From positions 52,820 through 72,819 of IMG/VR virus record IMGVR_UViG_3300001450_000027: DNA of 20,000 nt, one strand, 5' to 3'. Below, piece after piece: positions 8,901 through 17,196 of the stretch. Numbering within the stretch: the first letter of the stretch is position 1; each line of letters begins with the position of its first letter. The position numbers and the translations under genes were made by a program. Source of the stretch: an uncultured virus (IMG/VR IMGVR_UViG_3300001450_000027). Its lineage: Duplodnaviria; Heunggongvirae; Uroviricota; Caudoviricetes. A model generated the notes under the pieces. The model had not been told where the DNA came from. It saw only the letters and a program-made list of their open reading frames with translations, and ran no database searches.

Positions 8901-9926
8901 ATTCCACAAGATACCGGGATTAGTATTGGAGCCCTCTGTTAGACCAAAATAAACTTCGTTCGGGGCGCTGCCGAGGGCAAGCCTAGATGCACCTACTATC
9001 GTTGTCGCCCAATTTTCCGTTACGTCCAAGGGCCATACGCTTTGGGATACAGGGGCGGTACCAAACCCATTGGATATTTGCCCATTAGAATTTCTGTTTG
9101 TTCTCTCATATCTCCACGGGAAAGAGAAAGTGGTTCTTTGTCTCTTGAAATGCCTATATGTGTATTGCTTTTGTGGAAACACTACCTCCCTATAGGTAAA
9201 TGATTCAAATGAATCAACTAAGCTGCCATCGCTATCTAATCCACCATTGAGGTATTCTTTTTTAATTTGATTAAACTCATCGCTTTCCTTGTCATTAAAG
9301 TCATAATAATTATTTATTTCTGGATTTGTAAAGCCAGCTATTGCATTTCCGTATGAGGCTTTTATTCTAAAACGACTCAGCGAGTCTCCCTGAATGCTCC
9401 CAACAGAAACCACAAATGGTTTATATTTTGATGTAACCGGACTTTCGTGGTACGCCTCAATTGCTCCATATTTGCTTCTTAAGGTGTGTTGTTTGCCTGC
9501 CATTTTGAAAGAAAACTCTTCTCCGGGCTCTCGAACAAAGGTGAAAATGTTGCTCTTCTTTTGTCTACGAGTGAGGGGATTATCGCCAACCCTGATTTGT
9601 TTCCACGTTGGAAAACCATAAGGACCATTGCGATGGAGTATAAGAGCAGGAAAAAACGATGCAGTTGCCCGAAGGAGACCAGCGTCATTAGCTGCATGGG
9701 CTCCGGTCTGTGGGTCGACCAAGTGTGCTGGGAAATCAAAATTTTTAACATATTTAAGATCGTTTGGAGTGGTTCCGCCCAACGTCGACCCAATATGGTT
9801 TTGTTTAAACTGAACAAATGACCCGAAAGATACAAACTCCCGTGCCAGTTGAGCGTCTTCGTCATAACCAACCGGTTCATAAATGAATGTGTTCAATCCT
9901 ACATAATCTAAATAATAATTCGCCAT
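5973..9926 (-). CDS. Large hypothetical virion/baseplate protein, ~1317 aa
   Basis: The ORF track starts it at TTG 9938. The ATG at 9926-9924 (MANYYLDYVGLNTFIYEPV) lies 1 nt after the upstream TAA and has GGAG 6 nt upstream, so it is the preferred start. Rich in Pro/aromatic motifs (TMYSRPSAFGPP, PFTPPYYHGEGW, FNWPYDFFSLVEL). No catalytic motif recognised. Confidence 0.8.
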   Translation of the reverse strand: MANYYLDYVGLNTFIYEPVGYDEDAQLAREFVSFGSFVQFKQNHIGSTLGGTTPNDLKYVKNFDFPAHLVDPQTGAHAANDAGLLRATASFFPALILHRNGPYGFPTWKQIRVGDNPLTRRQKKSNIFTFVREPGEEFSFKMAGKQHTLRSKYGAIEAYHESPVTSKYKPFVVSVGSIQGDSLSRFRIKASYGNAIAGFTNPEINNYYDFNDKESDEFNQIKKEYLNGGLDSDGSLVDSFESFTYREVVFPQKQYTYRHFKRQRTTFSFPWRYERTNRNSNGQISNGFGTAPVSQSVWPLDVTENWATTIVGASRLALGSAPNEVYFGLTEGSNTNPGILWNRYSSFNKNNTSYLTFGLINTHFAPAPIYARRHTLIQSESVVSPCGMPIEGIRYGTTLGDIAMEHIPQGEAAWDTPSQSGRAPFYDTYNLYHVDLKSKYKDYSIIPEFRMSNHVKAYQSTGSIEQNLSIFELTGGLASTTGSAEANFYKIFTNTDFMEHFEFVKEEHKDFVKPSRLMLKCKAVKKFLPYDGFYPVQRSVEVAKQFFQSYSGSFTVTASSTSWGTGNKPEFAMQNVLAPMFAPGVLYNSIKSGVAVDYPIVTGSYMASGTEGSNENLNAILSHPTLDADQYMIRLKYDASTDGIVNWDKRVPFKALIEPARHLSSYSIPTQEPHASGNVSASVFFSPKSGPLYKLMIHNYLAEIPEFFLKGKEFSRIASKKSSDPTVGNARKDHTYMMRVKMFKSTLSGTFAQGPLAVATDIGVETPQITDVNNFETFTMYSRPSAFGPPSIWRHANGVNVKTVQDSREGYNYPFTPPYYHGEGWADIRFQPSETKKYTINEIVNQSTVEYFRWIDENSLAGLSPSYGNKETIGDKANDTFLQLSASLNLFTKASVSTTGQGANEQTIVVSTTANDDQHWVIQPHFESPMLNFNHLSASTSITLPLNGSESVPRGMWHQYGRIEEDPSKGIFMQVTDVPDRHIEIINGGVPESSAKDPTTSTTGSLMDLCGFNSAPVKMGQLADTKEVREAVVAVPFIEEEGRRKFFKLDEKEVRVAIQRSKGKSALALINQGFPEEIPESVQNMVDKMKHYVFPPPMDFYNDLRSVDPIAMYIFEFKHKFGKQDLADMWQGVQPNIGISHEEATAYSSHSLLEEELLGQNSDIPDRLRWMIFKVKQRAKVNFYDKSIIKQVGNASQGAIANVDQDIADSFESLLKAGNDSGPPISFNWPYDFFSLVELIKLEANVKFSEESKLPQTGGIMKSATQAIMRNIPKKADQDTSTEALMETNRTYYSAAGSTKITYSDGSTKWVAGDKTS
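5987..5991 (-). promoter_or_regulatory. Shine-Dalgarno-like site AGGAG for the gene starting at 5976
   Basis: Minus strand GCAGGAGATAAAACATCATG; 10-nt spacer. Confidence 0.6.
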
Positions 9927-9927
9927 T

Positions 9928-12900
9928 TTATACTCCAAAAATCTCTGAGGCTGTGGGAAAGGTTATCGCATCGTAAACAGTGTACGAAAATAAAGTTGTA
10001 AATGATAAATTAGCAGCATCAGTAGAATTTCTACCGTTACCTGAAATGTCATAAAAGTTACTTGTTGTGTCTTCACTAAAACTTTCCAGCGTAAGCCCCT
10101 TGTAGCTTCCTGCGCCCATTCTGTAATACAATTCCATGTTTGTCCTATACGCGTATTCCCTGAATCTATCACCATCGTTATATAGGGTGGTTACATTCGC
10201 TTGCGATAACCCATCGCTAAAGATTGCAAAGTTATCCAAATTTCCCCTAAATGCTTCGTTCTTAAAATAACTATTTCCTATGTAACAATTTTGTCCAGAT
10301 AAGGGCACAAGGCTTCCGACTGGGGTTGCCGTTTCATCGAAACCATTCGCTAGGGCTCCATCAATATATAGTACCGGATCATTCGAAGTTGCACCACCAT
10401 CATACATAAGAACTATGTGGTACCACCTGTTGAGTTCAAACGTCTCCTTGGAAATCCAAACCCCATCTGTTGTAGACCAGTCTGCCTCGAATCTAAATTT
10501 GTTTTCGAACAAAGATAATTGCAAATCTCTATATGAGAAGGAAAGAATTCTTTGATAGTCGTATGAGACAGTATCTGTTGTTCTTTTAAACCAGAAAGCG
10601 CAAGCCATTGTTCTATTGGAACTTCCTTGGCCAACAATACCGTTCCACAGAGTATCCGTGCCTATCTCGATAAAACTAGTGTTACTTGAAAAATTAGCAC
10701 TTTGATCCAAGTCTGTGTTTACTAATTCACCATCCCTTGGGAGGTAACCATAAACCCGTTGTTTTCCACTTCTGATTCCATAGTTATAGTTTAAAGATGA
10801 GGTAACCCAACTATATTGGTAATCACTTTGCGGAATTGGACTCTGAAAAAAGGCGTTGTTATGGTCCTCATTAAAAACAGGAGATAATAATTGAGAAGTA
10901 CTGGTTGGTTTTCTGCTAACATTTCTTGGTATTTTATGAAACGAGGGAACAGTGACATACTCTGTCGAGGTGACGGAGCCCACTCCTGAATCGCTTCCAA
11001 ATTTACCACTATGTCTTTGTAGATGTGTTCTTAAGCCTGATCTGTTGCCATGTATATCTATAGCCCTAATCGTACCAGACTCGCCTGAACCAGAGCCTCT
11101 AACTGTCAGATTTCTATATGGCAGTGCATTGTGAACAGAATATTCGTGAGAGTATGCATCTAAATACCCCTTGCTTTGCACTTCAATACCACCCGGTGCT
11201 GAAAAGCGAGATGTTATAATTGTTCTGTTTTTAGATTCGCCAAGAAGAGAGTCATTGATCGAATGCAAGTTCCTTGAAGCAACAGAGTCATTAATACCAC
11301 CAGTAAATGAAATAGTTCCAGATAAGGAGCTTGTACAATTCAGATAAGCAAAGTGGTCGACACCAATAGTAATCGCAGAACTAGTAACGAACCCGGCTGT
11401 TATTCCGTGTGTTGTTTCCCCGTTGTAAGCAGCGGTGTTTGTTGACGTTTTTAATGAAAACAGCGCCATTGGTTTTGCATTTATAACTCCGCTTACTGGT
11501 GTTAATAAGATGCCCGACCCTGCTTCTTGATATTTGTCTTTAACGGTTAACGTATTAGCCCCAAATGTGGCAGCATGGTCTGTGATTGTAAACCCGGTGT
11601 GCATACTACCTGTAATTGTAGTATCATCAAAGGTCCACCAAGAAGTCAAATCACCAGTTGGAAGATAAGTTCCAGCGGAGGCGCCTGTTAAATTAAACTT
11701 TGTACCACAATTGTATAATTGTATTACCTGAACGGCAGTCAATGGGGCTTTCCAATACGATACTTCATCATATTTTCCTTGAAAAGGGAAGTAGTGACTA
11801 TCTGCTTGATGTCCGTTGCTCATTACAAATACCGCCCCAGAAATTACATGTGCGGTTCCGCCACCGGGACTCTCGGAATTTACTGATTGAGACACCCCAT
11901 TGACATAAAATGCTGTTTGGCCTCTTGTAGTGTAGTCTGCACCACATATACATGCAAGGTGTATCCAGCTTCCGCTATAACTAGCCTGAAAATCGTTTAT
12001 CTGAATTGTCGAATTAGAAGATCCGCCACCACCAGTAACCCCATACCTTGTAAGAGATAAGTGGCCATTTGTATCAATTTTTATTTCTGCTGATCTTTGA
12101 CCGCCTTTAGAAGCTGCCGTATAAAACAGATTTTTGACATGACCAGTCGAAGCGGTGGACACATTTATCCATGATGAAAAAGTAAAAGCTGCCGAACCAC
12201 TGGCTCCTACAAGCGTGCTACTGCTCAGGGCTACGTTCTGACCGTTAATTGAATGACAGGTAAAGCCTTGACTATAATTATCGACCGCGTTTACTATTGA
12301 ATAAGTTGAAGTTATAGCAGGAACAGCAGTCAAAAGTCTATTTAATTCATTCCAGTATTCAACCGAGCTTCCTGTTGGTTTTGCAACAGTGTCAAAATCG
12401 CCTGAATATGCTGCTGAGCCTGATACCCCTATTGAGATACCCACATCTTCAATCAAGATACCATGGTTTTTACCCGCTTGCTCAAGCCAAGTATTAATCA
12501 GGGAGTACTCATTCGATCCGGATGTACCATAAGCGTTGAACTCTGCGCTAGCTGTGGCTCCCGTGACTGCCGGGATGTCTGGTTGTCTATTGTTCGAGTG
12601 TTTACCAAAAACATTACCATTGGCTGTTGCTGCATACGCCACAAGGGTCAACGGGTGAGTCGTCGTCGGCAACGATGCTGTTATAGAAGTCGGTAAGTAA
12701 TTTGACTGTACCGGGTTTTTCCTAAAATAAAGATTATTTTCTTGTTTCCCGACAGCAGAAACTAACTCATAATTTTGGTAAAAGCTTCCGTGGCTGATGC
12801 TCCCTGTCGTGGTTTTTATGTTTTCGATATTAACAGGTCGCTTGGCTCTTTCGCCACGGTAAAAAGTTGCTCCTTTTCTTGCCGGGTCGGGATAAGGGCC

Positions 12901-15900
12901 GCCATAATCGAAACCTGTGAATCCAAAGGCTCCATCATACTTAGTGAATCCACCCGAGTCTCTTTCTCCGAACAATAGACGCCATGCCTCTGGTCTGGTG
13001 TACTGATTGTGGATATTATTAGGGGGAGCACCGCCTGAATCGTCATCATTCAGGGTGTTATCGTATCTATTAACCTCGATGTGTCTAGATTGGTGACCGC
13101 CAACCCAAGTATTTGTAAAAGGGCCCTGCATTGGGATTTCGTTTGTAAAATCAGTAGTGTCAGAGTGGAGATTGGTTATCCTGACATCATGATATTCATT
13201 CAAAACCGAAGCCCCATAACCACTACGTACTGATTGAGAAACAATTGTCAATGGCAACTTCGAAACATCAGTTCTGTAATTGTAAGTTTCATTAGCGTTT
13301 GTGGGAGTTGGTGTAGATCCACCACCAGCGTATTTACCTATGAACGCATCAACATTTAAATTTTCTTTAATGTTCGGCCTGTGTATGTCGTCACATCTTC
13401 GTTTTGTTATAACACCAGAGCCAGTGCCACCACCAACTAAAACGACATTTTTTGGTATGCCAATGTTTGTTTTATCACCATGGCGACTTACTGCATTGTG
13501 GATAAAGTCTCTGTCTTTGTTCTCGGGATGGTTTATACCAGCGTGTATTCTGCTACCAAGCGTTGTCTCGATAGAGTATGGTTTGGCCAATTTCCTTATA
13601 GCGTAAGTCGAGGCCTCGTAAACAACACCTGTCTCAGTTGAGGCACTCAACGCTGTAGCATTATTGTGGTTAAGGATAACTTTTCTTATTGATTCGCGAT
13701 CTGCTATATCCGTTCTTACTTCCCGATCTTTGTTCCAAAGGCAATTATCATTTTCAGAATCAGGCAACGGAGCATGACCGAATTTCCAATTATAATTTAA
13801 CTCAGAATAACTTTTAATACTGGTCTCTGTCGCTGAGTATATATCCAGAAGGGGGAACTTATTTTGATACTTGTTACGCTCCAACATGTGACTTTCAATA
13901 ATATTAGAAATACCTTTTGAGTGTCTGGTGCTGATTGGGAACAACTGGTTTACCATTTCAGACACAGTTACATCAATCCATTTAAAATACTCAGTAAATC
14001 GATCGAAATTTGGGTCTCCCTCATTTTTTTCGAAAAACAATCTTCTCAAGATGTTCAAATTTTTGTATTCTATCCTATATCTATCTATTGCCTTACCAAC
14101 AAGATTATTCATTTCCTTAACAGAGGAGAACATCTTTAACATTTCTTCTGAAACTACTTGGCCCATACTCTTCTCAAGGGCGTACAGGTTGTCACTAACA
14201 TCATCGTCTTTGATGATTGATTCTTCTTTATCCCCTTTGATAAAAACGTTGTTTGCTGTAAACGCAATTTCAGGCAACTCTTTCTTAAAAGAGAATATAG
14301 GTTCGTTATCAACCATCGTAGAAACAGAAGCTGGGAATCCATGTCCTAAGACCCTGTGTTCCCTCCTGTTGATGTTGTCAATCCAGCCGTATATCACATC
14401 TGACGATCCGCTTGATAAATCCTCAACTATGAACTGGCCGCTTGCATTAGAGCCGGTCACAGTTGAAAAATCATGATTAGCAGCTATCAAATCCGCACTT
14501 GGGACTTGTTTGTCCAAATTTAATGAAAATAAAGTAGGACTCTGATAACTCTTTCTAAGTCCATAGTTTGAGGGATCTAAATTGTGTTGCTTAATGATAG
14601 AATCTTCTAAATAATCCATATAAAATCTAAACGCACCGATCTTCATATCAGTCTGTTGTAGTACAGAGCCCGTGAAGTTCTCGACATGAGAACCGAAGTA
14701 AAAACGCTTGCTATCAGATAGAAACGCTGATCCGCTATCGTAAGATACACTCGATGTTACAGTGAATTCGCTTCGAACATCATCATAGTCGTGTGTAACA
14801 CCATAAAGTTCTACGTTGTATGTGGGGTTAGATGAGGAGACAATATTACCAATTAATGGATACTTGTCAGGTTTTACTCGGACTGCTATATTCCACCTTT
14901 GGTTATTGTAGATTTGATTATAAACACTAGAAGTCAGATAAAGTGATCCATCTCTGTTTGTTAATACAAATTGGGCGTTTTCTGATTCTATTCCATCACG
15001 AAGTAGGTAAATTTGAAAATTACCTATGTCTTCGGTTAGCGGTCTCCAAGTATAATCAGTACCAGCACCACCGTCAGCAGGCCTATGCATACCAAAGATG
15101 GAACTCGATAGAAACGAAGTGTCAAAATGCCCCTTTTCGTGCATCTTTAGCTTATATGGCACTACTACGTCGATCTCTGCCGTAAAGGCCGAAAATTGCT
15201 CGCTTTTGGACGCCTCTGAGCCTGATATGTAAGATAGTGAATTACTGTCTGAGGCTGTGAGGAACATTGTTGCGCTCATCAAAGAGCCACTATTAAAGTT
15301 TATATACTTTGTAGTCTGCGAAGTTTGCTTGTGCTTGTCATTGAAATAGTGAGTTCCGCCATCAGTATAAACGTTAAGCTTAACGATTTCGTCGTCAATA
15401 CCAAAACATCTAAGCATATTCCTAATTGATCTCTCTGTTCCTTTAGATTTATAAATAAAATCCAAGTTATTGTAAATGTTAGTATAGATCAGATTCTTTA
15501 TCTCACTCAGTTTTTCTTCAAATAATACTTGGTTATCATCTCTATCCCCGAACATCTCAATAAGATTAGAATTAACAAAAAGATTTGGTGTTACCAGCCC
15601 CTTGCTCTCTAACATATCTTTTGCAAAAGGAAGTGCCTTATAGCTTGAACTGGGAAACACTCTGTTCTGTAAAGATGGTAGGGCTGTTATTTGAGAATGC
15701 AAAGTGTCAAAATGGCTTGCTATTATTTGATAAAGGTATTTGACATTGCTGTTCGTCTCTTCGTCTTCGTCTCTTATCCACTGTGGTATTGTGTTATATA
15801 ACAAAGAGGGGTTGATAACATCCCAATCACTACCAGAGGTTTGCAATTCGGACAACAAGTTAACAACGGTTGGGTGGGTACTATACACTATTGGGTCTTC

Positions 15901-17196
15901 TTTTTCAGTCGTGACCAAGCTAGAAGATACAAACGCTGAGCCTGTGTTTCTCGATCCCGCAGCGTAACCAGTCCAAGACCCGTTGATGATTCGGCCAGAA
16001 TAATCCAATACAACAGAGTCTTTGCTAGAATATCCAGTTATGCCCTCATTAAATTTATAATAAAGACCAAGATCAATATTAGCATCATCAGTATTAGTTC
16101 CGCCGTTTGCAGGTACATACCAATTATCATAAACCTCTTCTGAGGTTCTCCTTGCTTTCCAAAAACGGAAGTCATCTAAACTAGCGCTTAGTTTACCAGC
16201 ATATTGGTTAGATGGAGATAGATGGGAAGTTGTACCAATCAAAGATCCAATGTACCCATTTATTCTTCCGCCTACCGAGCCCATCGCGCCACCAACGTTG
16301 TGAGTCGTTTTTTGGTTTAGGTCGCCGTTAGTATAGAACCTCGTTATTAGGCCTGAAGATTCGGAGACAACCGATAGGGCGTAATGGCCCCATGTCGCTA
16401 ATGACGAAGTGTGAAATGTACTACTACATACTGTTTGTTCGAATATCCCCTTTCCAGACGCTAATGAGCCGCTACGGAATGTCATTTGGAAGCTGTTTAG
16501 TCCGTTTAGAGCCGACCCGCCGTTTAGAGAAAGAGTGAAGCGACCATATGTAGAACCACCAGTCGAGTTGTTGTTCCATAAATCTAATATAACTTCTCTA
16601 GAAGACTTAGTTGCATCAAAATCATCTTTCTTTAGCCAAAACTCTACAGTCCATCCTTTTTCTGGATCTAGTGTGAAAGTGGAAGTTCGAGATGCAGCAC
16701 TATCATAAACCACTGAATTATCAAAAGTTTTATACAATGGTGAGTTTTCCATCCCAGAAGATGCTGTGTGTATTCCGCCCCTAATGAAAATATATTCATA
16801 ATCTGAAGATGCAACGGTGCTACCATACCCCTGAGCGTCAGGAGACCCGGAGCCCCAACCGCCATATGAAAAATTAATATACCCAGTTGATTTGGGATAC
16901 AACTTGTCAAAAATATATTTGTCTAAGTAAGAAGACGATATTTCAAATTTGGTTTTTTCTTTTTCTGATCCGTCATAGGGATAATCACCATAAATCCTCT
17001 CCAATGCCTTAGTATAATACTCGTAAGCAGAGCCAAATTTAGCAAAGTTACTAGCAGAGCTAAAATCCACATAAGGTTGAAATGTTTTATCTCTTTTAGT
17101 GGATTCTATAATATACTCGTTTGATTCAACCTTCATACTAGAAGTTGAAACGTTTTCTATAGAAACTGGTTTTTCAAAAAGATCTCTAATACTCAT
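9928..17196 (-). CDS. Giant baseplate wedge (gp7/P2 gpI-like) protein carrying four LamG/concanavalin A-like domains, 2422 aa
   Basis: The wedge-type motif LLYNTIPQWIRDED...IYNNLDFIYKSKGTERSIRNMLRCFGI lies two genes downstream of the gp6-like gene. LamG signatures: WTVEFWLK...WGHYALSV...SLDDFRFW; FTFSSWIN...WIHLACI...FQGKYDEVSYW; CAFWFK...WYHIVLMY...FRGNLDNFAIF; plus a more degenerate copy FTAEIDV...RWNIAVRV...IGAFRFY. Confidence 0.75.
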   Translation of the reverse strand: MSIRDLFEKPVSIENVSTSSMKVESNEYIIESTKRDKTFQPYVDFSSASNFAKFGSAYEYYTKALERIYGDYPYDGSEKEKTKFEISSSYLDKYIFDKLYPKSTGYINFSYGGWGSGSPDAQGYGSTVASSDYEYIFIRGGIHTASSGMENSPLYKTFDNSVVYDSAASRTSTFTLDPEKGWTVEFWLKKDDFDATKSSREVILDLWNNNSTGGSTYGRFTLSLNGGSALNGLNSFQMTFRSGSLASGKGIFEQTVCSSTFHTSSLATWGHYALSVVSESSGLITRFYTNGDLNQKTTHNVGGAMGSVGGRINGYIGSLIGTTSHLSPSNQYAGKLSASLDDFRFWKARRTSEEVYDNWYVPANGGTNTDDANIDLGLYYKFNEGITGYSSKDSVVLDYSGRIINGSWTGYAAGSRNTGSAFVSSSLVTTEKEDPIVYSTHPTVVNLLSELQTSGSDWDVINPSLLYNTIPQWIRDEDEETNSNVKYLYQIIASHFDTLHSQITALPSLQNRVFPSSSYKALPFAKDMLESKGLVTPNLFVNSNLIEMFGDRDDNQVLFEEKLSEIKNLIYTNIYNNLDFIYKSKGTERSIRNMLRCFGIDDEIVKLNVYTDGGTHYFNDKHKQTSQTTKYINFNSGSLMSATMFLTASDSNSLSYISGSEASKSEQFSAFTAEIDVVVPYKLKMHEKGHFDTSFLSSSIFGMHRPADGGAGTDYTWRPLTEDIGNFQIYLLRDGIESENAQFVLTNRDGSLYLTSSVYNQIYNNQRWNIAVRVKPDKYPLIGNIVSSSNPTYNVELYGVTHDYDDVRSEFTVTSSVSYDSGSAFLSDSKRFYFGSHVENFTGSVLQQTDMKIGAFRFYMDYLEDSIIKQHNLDPSNYGLRKSYQSPTLFSLNLDKQVPSADLIAANHDFSTVTGSNASGQFIVEDLSSGSSDVIYGWIDNINRREHRVLGHGFPASVSTMVDNEPIFSFKKELPEIAFTANNVFIKGDKEESIIKDDDVSDNLYALEKSMGQVVSEEMLKMFSSVKEMNNLVGKAIDRYRIEYKNLNILRRLFFEKNEGDPNFDRFTEYFKWIDVTVSEMVNQLFPISTRHSKGISNIIESHMLERNKYQNKFPLLDIYSATETSIKSYSELNYNWKFGHAPLPDSENDNCLWNKDREVRTDIADRESIRKVILNHNNATALSASTETGVVYEASTYAIRKLAKPYSIETTLGSRIHAGINHPENKDRDFIHNAVSRHGDKTNIGIPKNVVLVGGGTGSGVITKRRCDDIHRPNIKENLNVDAFIGKYAGGGSTPTPTNANETYNYRTDVSKLPLTIVSQSVRSGYGASVLNEYHDVRITNLHSDTTDFTNEIPMQGPFTNTWVGGHQSRHIEVNRYDNTLNDDDSGGAPPNNIHNQYTRPEAWRLLFGERDSGGFTKYDGAFGFTGFDYGGPYPDPARKGATFYRGERAKRPVNIENIKTTTGSISHGSFYQNYELVSAVGKQENNLYFRKNPVQSNYLPTSITASLPTTTHPLTLVAYAATANGNVFGKHSNNRQPDIPAVTGATASAEFNAYGTSGSNEYSLINTWLEQAGKNHGILIEDVGISIGVSGSAAYSGDFDTVAKPTGSSVEYWNELNRLLTAVPAITSTYSIVNAVDNYSQGFTCHSINGQNVALSSSTLVGASGSAAFTFSSWINVSTASTGHVKNLFYTAASKGGQRSAEIKIDTNGHLSLTRYGVTGGGGSSNSTIQINDFQASYSGSWIHLACICGADYTTRGQTAFYVNGVSQSVNSESPGGGTAHVISGAVFVMSNGHQADSHYFPFQGKYDEVSYWKAPLTAVQVIQLYNCGTKFNLTGASAGTYLPTGDLTSWWTFDDTTITGSMHTGFTITDHAATFGANTLTVKDKYQEAGSGILLTPVSGVINAKPMALFSLKTSTNTAAYNGETTHGITAGFVTSSAITIGVDHFAYLNCTSSLSGTISFTGGINDSVASRNLHSINDSLLGESKNRTIITSRFSAPGGIEVQSKGYLDAYSHEYSVHNALPYRNLTVRGSGSGESGTIRAIDIHGNRSGLRTHLQRHSGKFGSDSGVGSVTSTEYVTVPSFHKIPRNVSRKPTSTSQLLSPVFNEDHNNAFFQSPIPQSDYQYSWVTSSLNYNYGIRSGKQRVYGYLPRDGELVNTDLDQSANFSSNTSFIEIGTDTLWNGIVGQGSSNRTMACAFWFKRTTDTVSYDYQRILSFSYRDLQLSLFENKFRFEADWSTTDGVWISKETFELNRWYHIVLMYDGGATSNDPVLYIDGALANGFDETATPVGSLVPLSGQNCYIGNSYFKNEAFRGNLDNFAIFSDGLSQANVTTLYNDGDRFREYAYRTNMELYYRMGAGSYKGLTLESFSEDTTSNFYDISGNGRNSTDAANLSFTTLFSYTVYDAITFPTASEIFGV
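9933..9936 (-). promoter_or_regulatory. Shine-Dalgarno-like site GGAG for the ATG at 9926
   Basis: Minus strand TTTTTGGAGTATAAAATG; 6-nt spacer. Confidence 0.5.
10000..10700 (-). other. LamG-like jelly-roll domain 4
   Basis: CAFWFKR; NRWYHIVLMYDG; LYIDGAL; CYIGN; FRGNLDNFAIFSDGLSQANVTTLYNDG; LYYRMG; FYDISGNGRN. Boundaries approximate. Confidence 0.85.
11540..12240 (-). other. LamG-like jelly-roll domain 3
   Basis: AFTFSSWINV; WIHLACI; FYVNGVSQ; FQGKYDEVSYWKAPLTAVQVIQLYNCG; LTSWWTFDD. Boundaries approximate. Confidence 0.85.
14410..15190 (-). other. LamG-like jelly-roll domain 2 (degenerate)
   Basis: FTAEIDV; IYNNQRWNIAVRV; RFYFGS; MKIGAFRFYMDYL; ANHDF...VEDLSSG. Boundaries approximate. Confidence 0.55.
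15395..15810 (-). other. gp7/P2 gpI (Tail_P2_I)-like baseplate wedge module within the 2422-aa protein
   Basis: IPQWIRDED...FDTLHSQITAL...LESKGL...IYKSKGTERSIRNMLRCFG matches the (Y/H)xxKGTxxxIxxxLxxxG pattern characteristic of this family. Confidence 0.65.
15960..16680 (-). other. LamG-like jelly-roll domain 1
   Basis: WTVEFWLKK; WGHYALSV; RFYTNGDL; LSASLDDFRFWKARRTSEEV; LGLYYKFNEG; VLDYSGRIINGSW. Boundaries approximate. Confidence 0.8.

Noticed and set aside
9927..9938. TTG start at 9938 for the 1321-aa ORF
   Set aside because: The ATG at 9926 directly follows the upstream stop and has a GGAG at suitable spacing. That GGAG overlaps the TTG itself, so it could not serve it.
9928..12600. 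Diversity-generating retroelement target or invertible tail-fibre cassette
   Set aside because: No reverse transcriptase, recombinase, near-identical TR/VR pair or flanking inverted repeats were noticed by eye. The LamG copies are highly diverged from each other. A self dot-plot would confirm this.
16495..16530. Short direct repeat CCGTTTAGA / GTTTAG
   Set aside because: It only reflects LNGGSALNGLNS codons. It is too short and irregular for a CRISPR or regulatory array. No CRISPR array, tRNA or rRNA was seen anywhere in the window.
9928..17196. Intein or self-splicing intron in the giant gene
   Set aside because: The HN dipeptides seen (IHNA, IHNQ, VHNA, THNV, DHNN, QHNL, NHNN) are not followed by C/S/T. 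No Hint-block or LAGLIDADG motifs were recognised, and the frame is uninterrupted.
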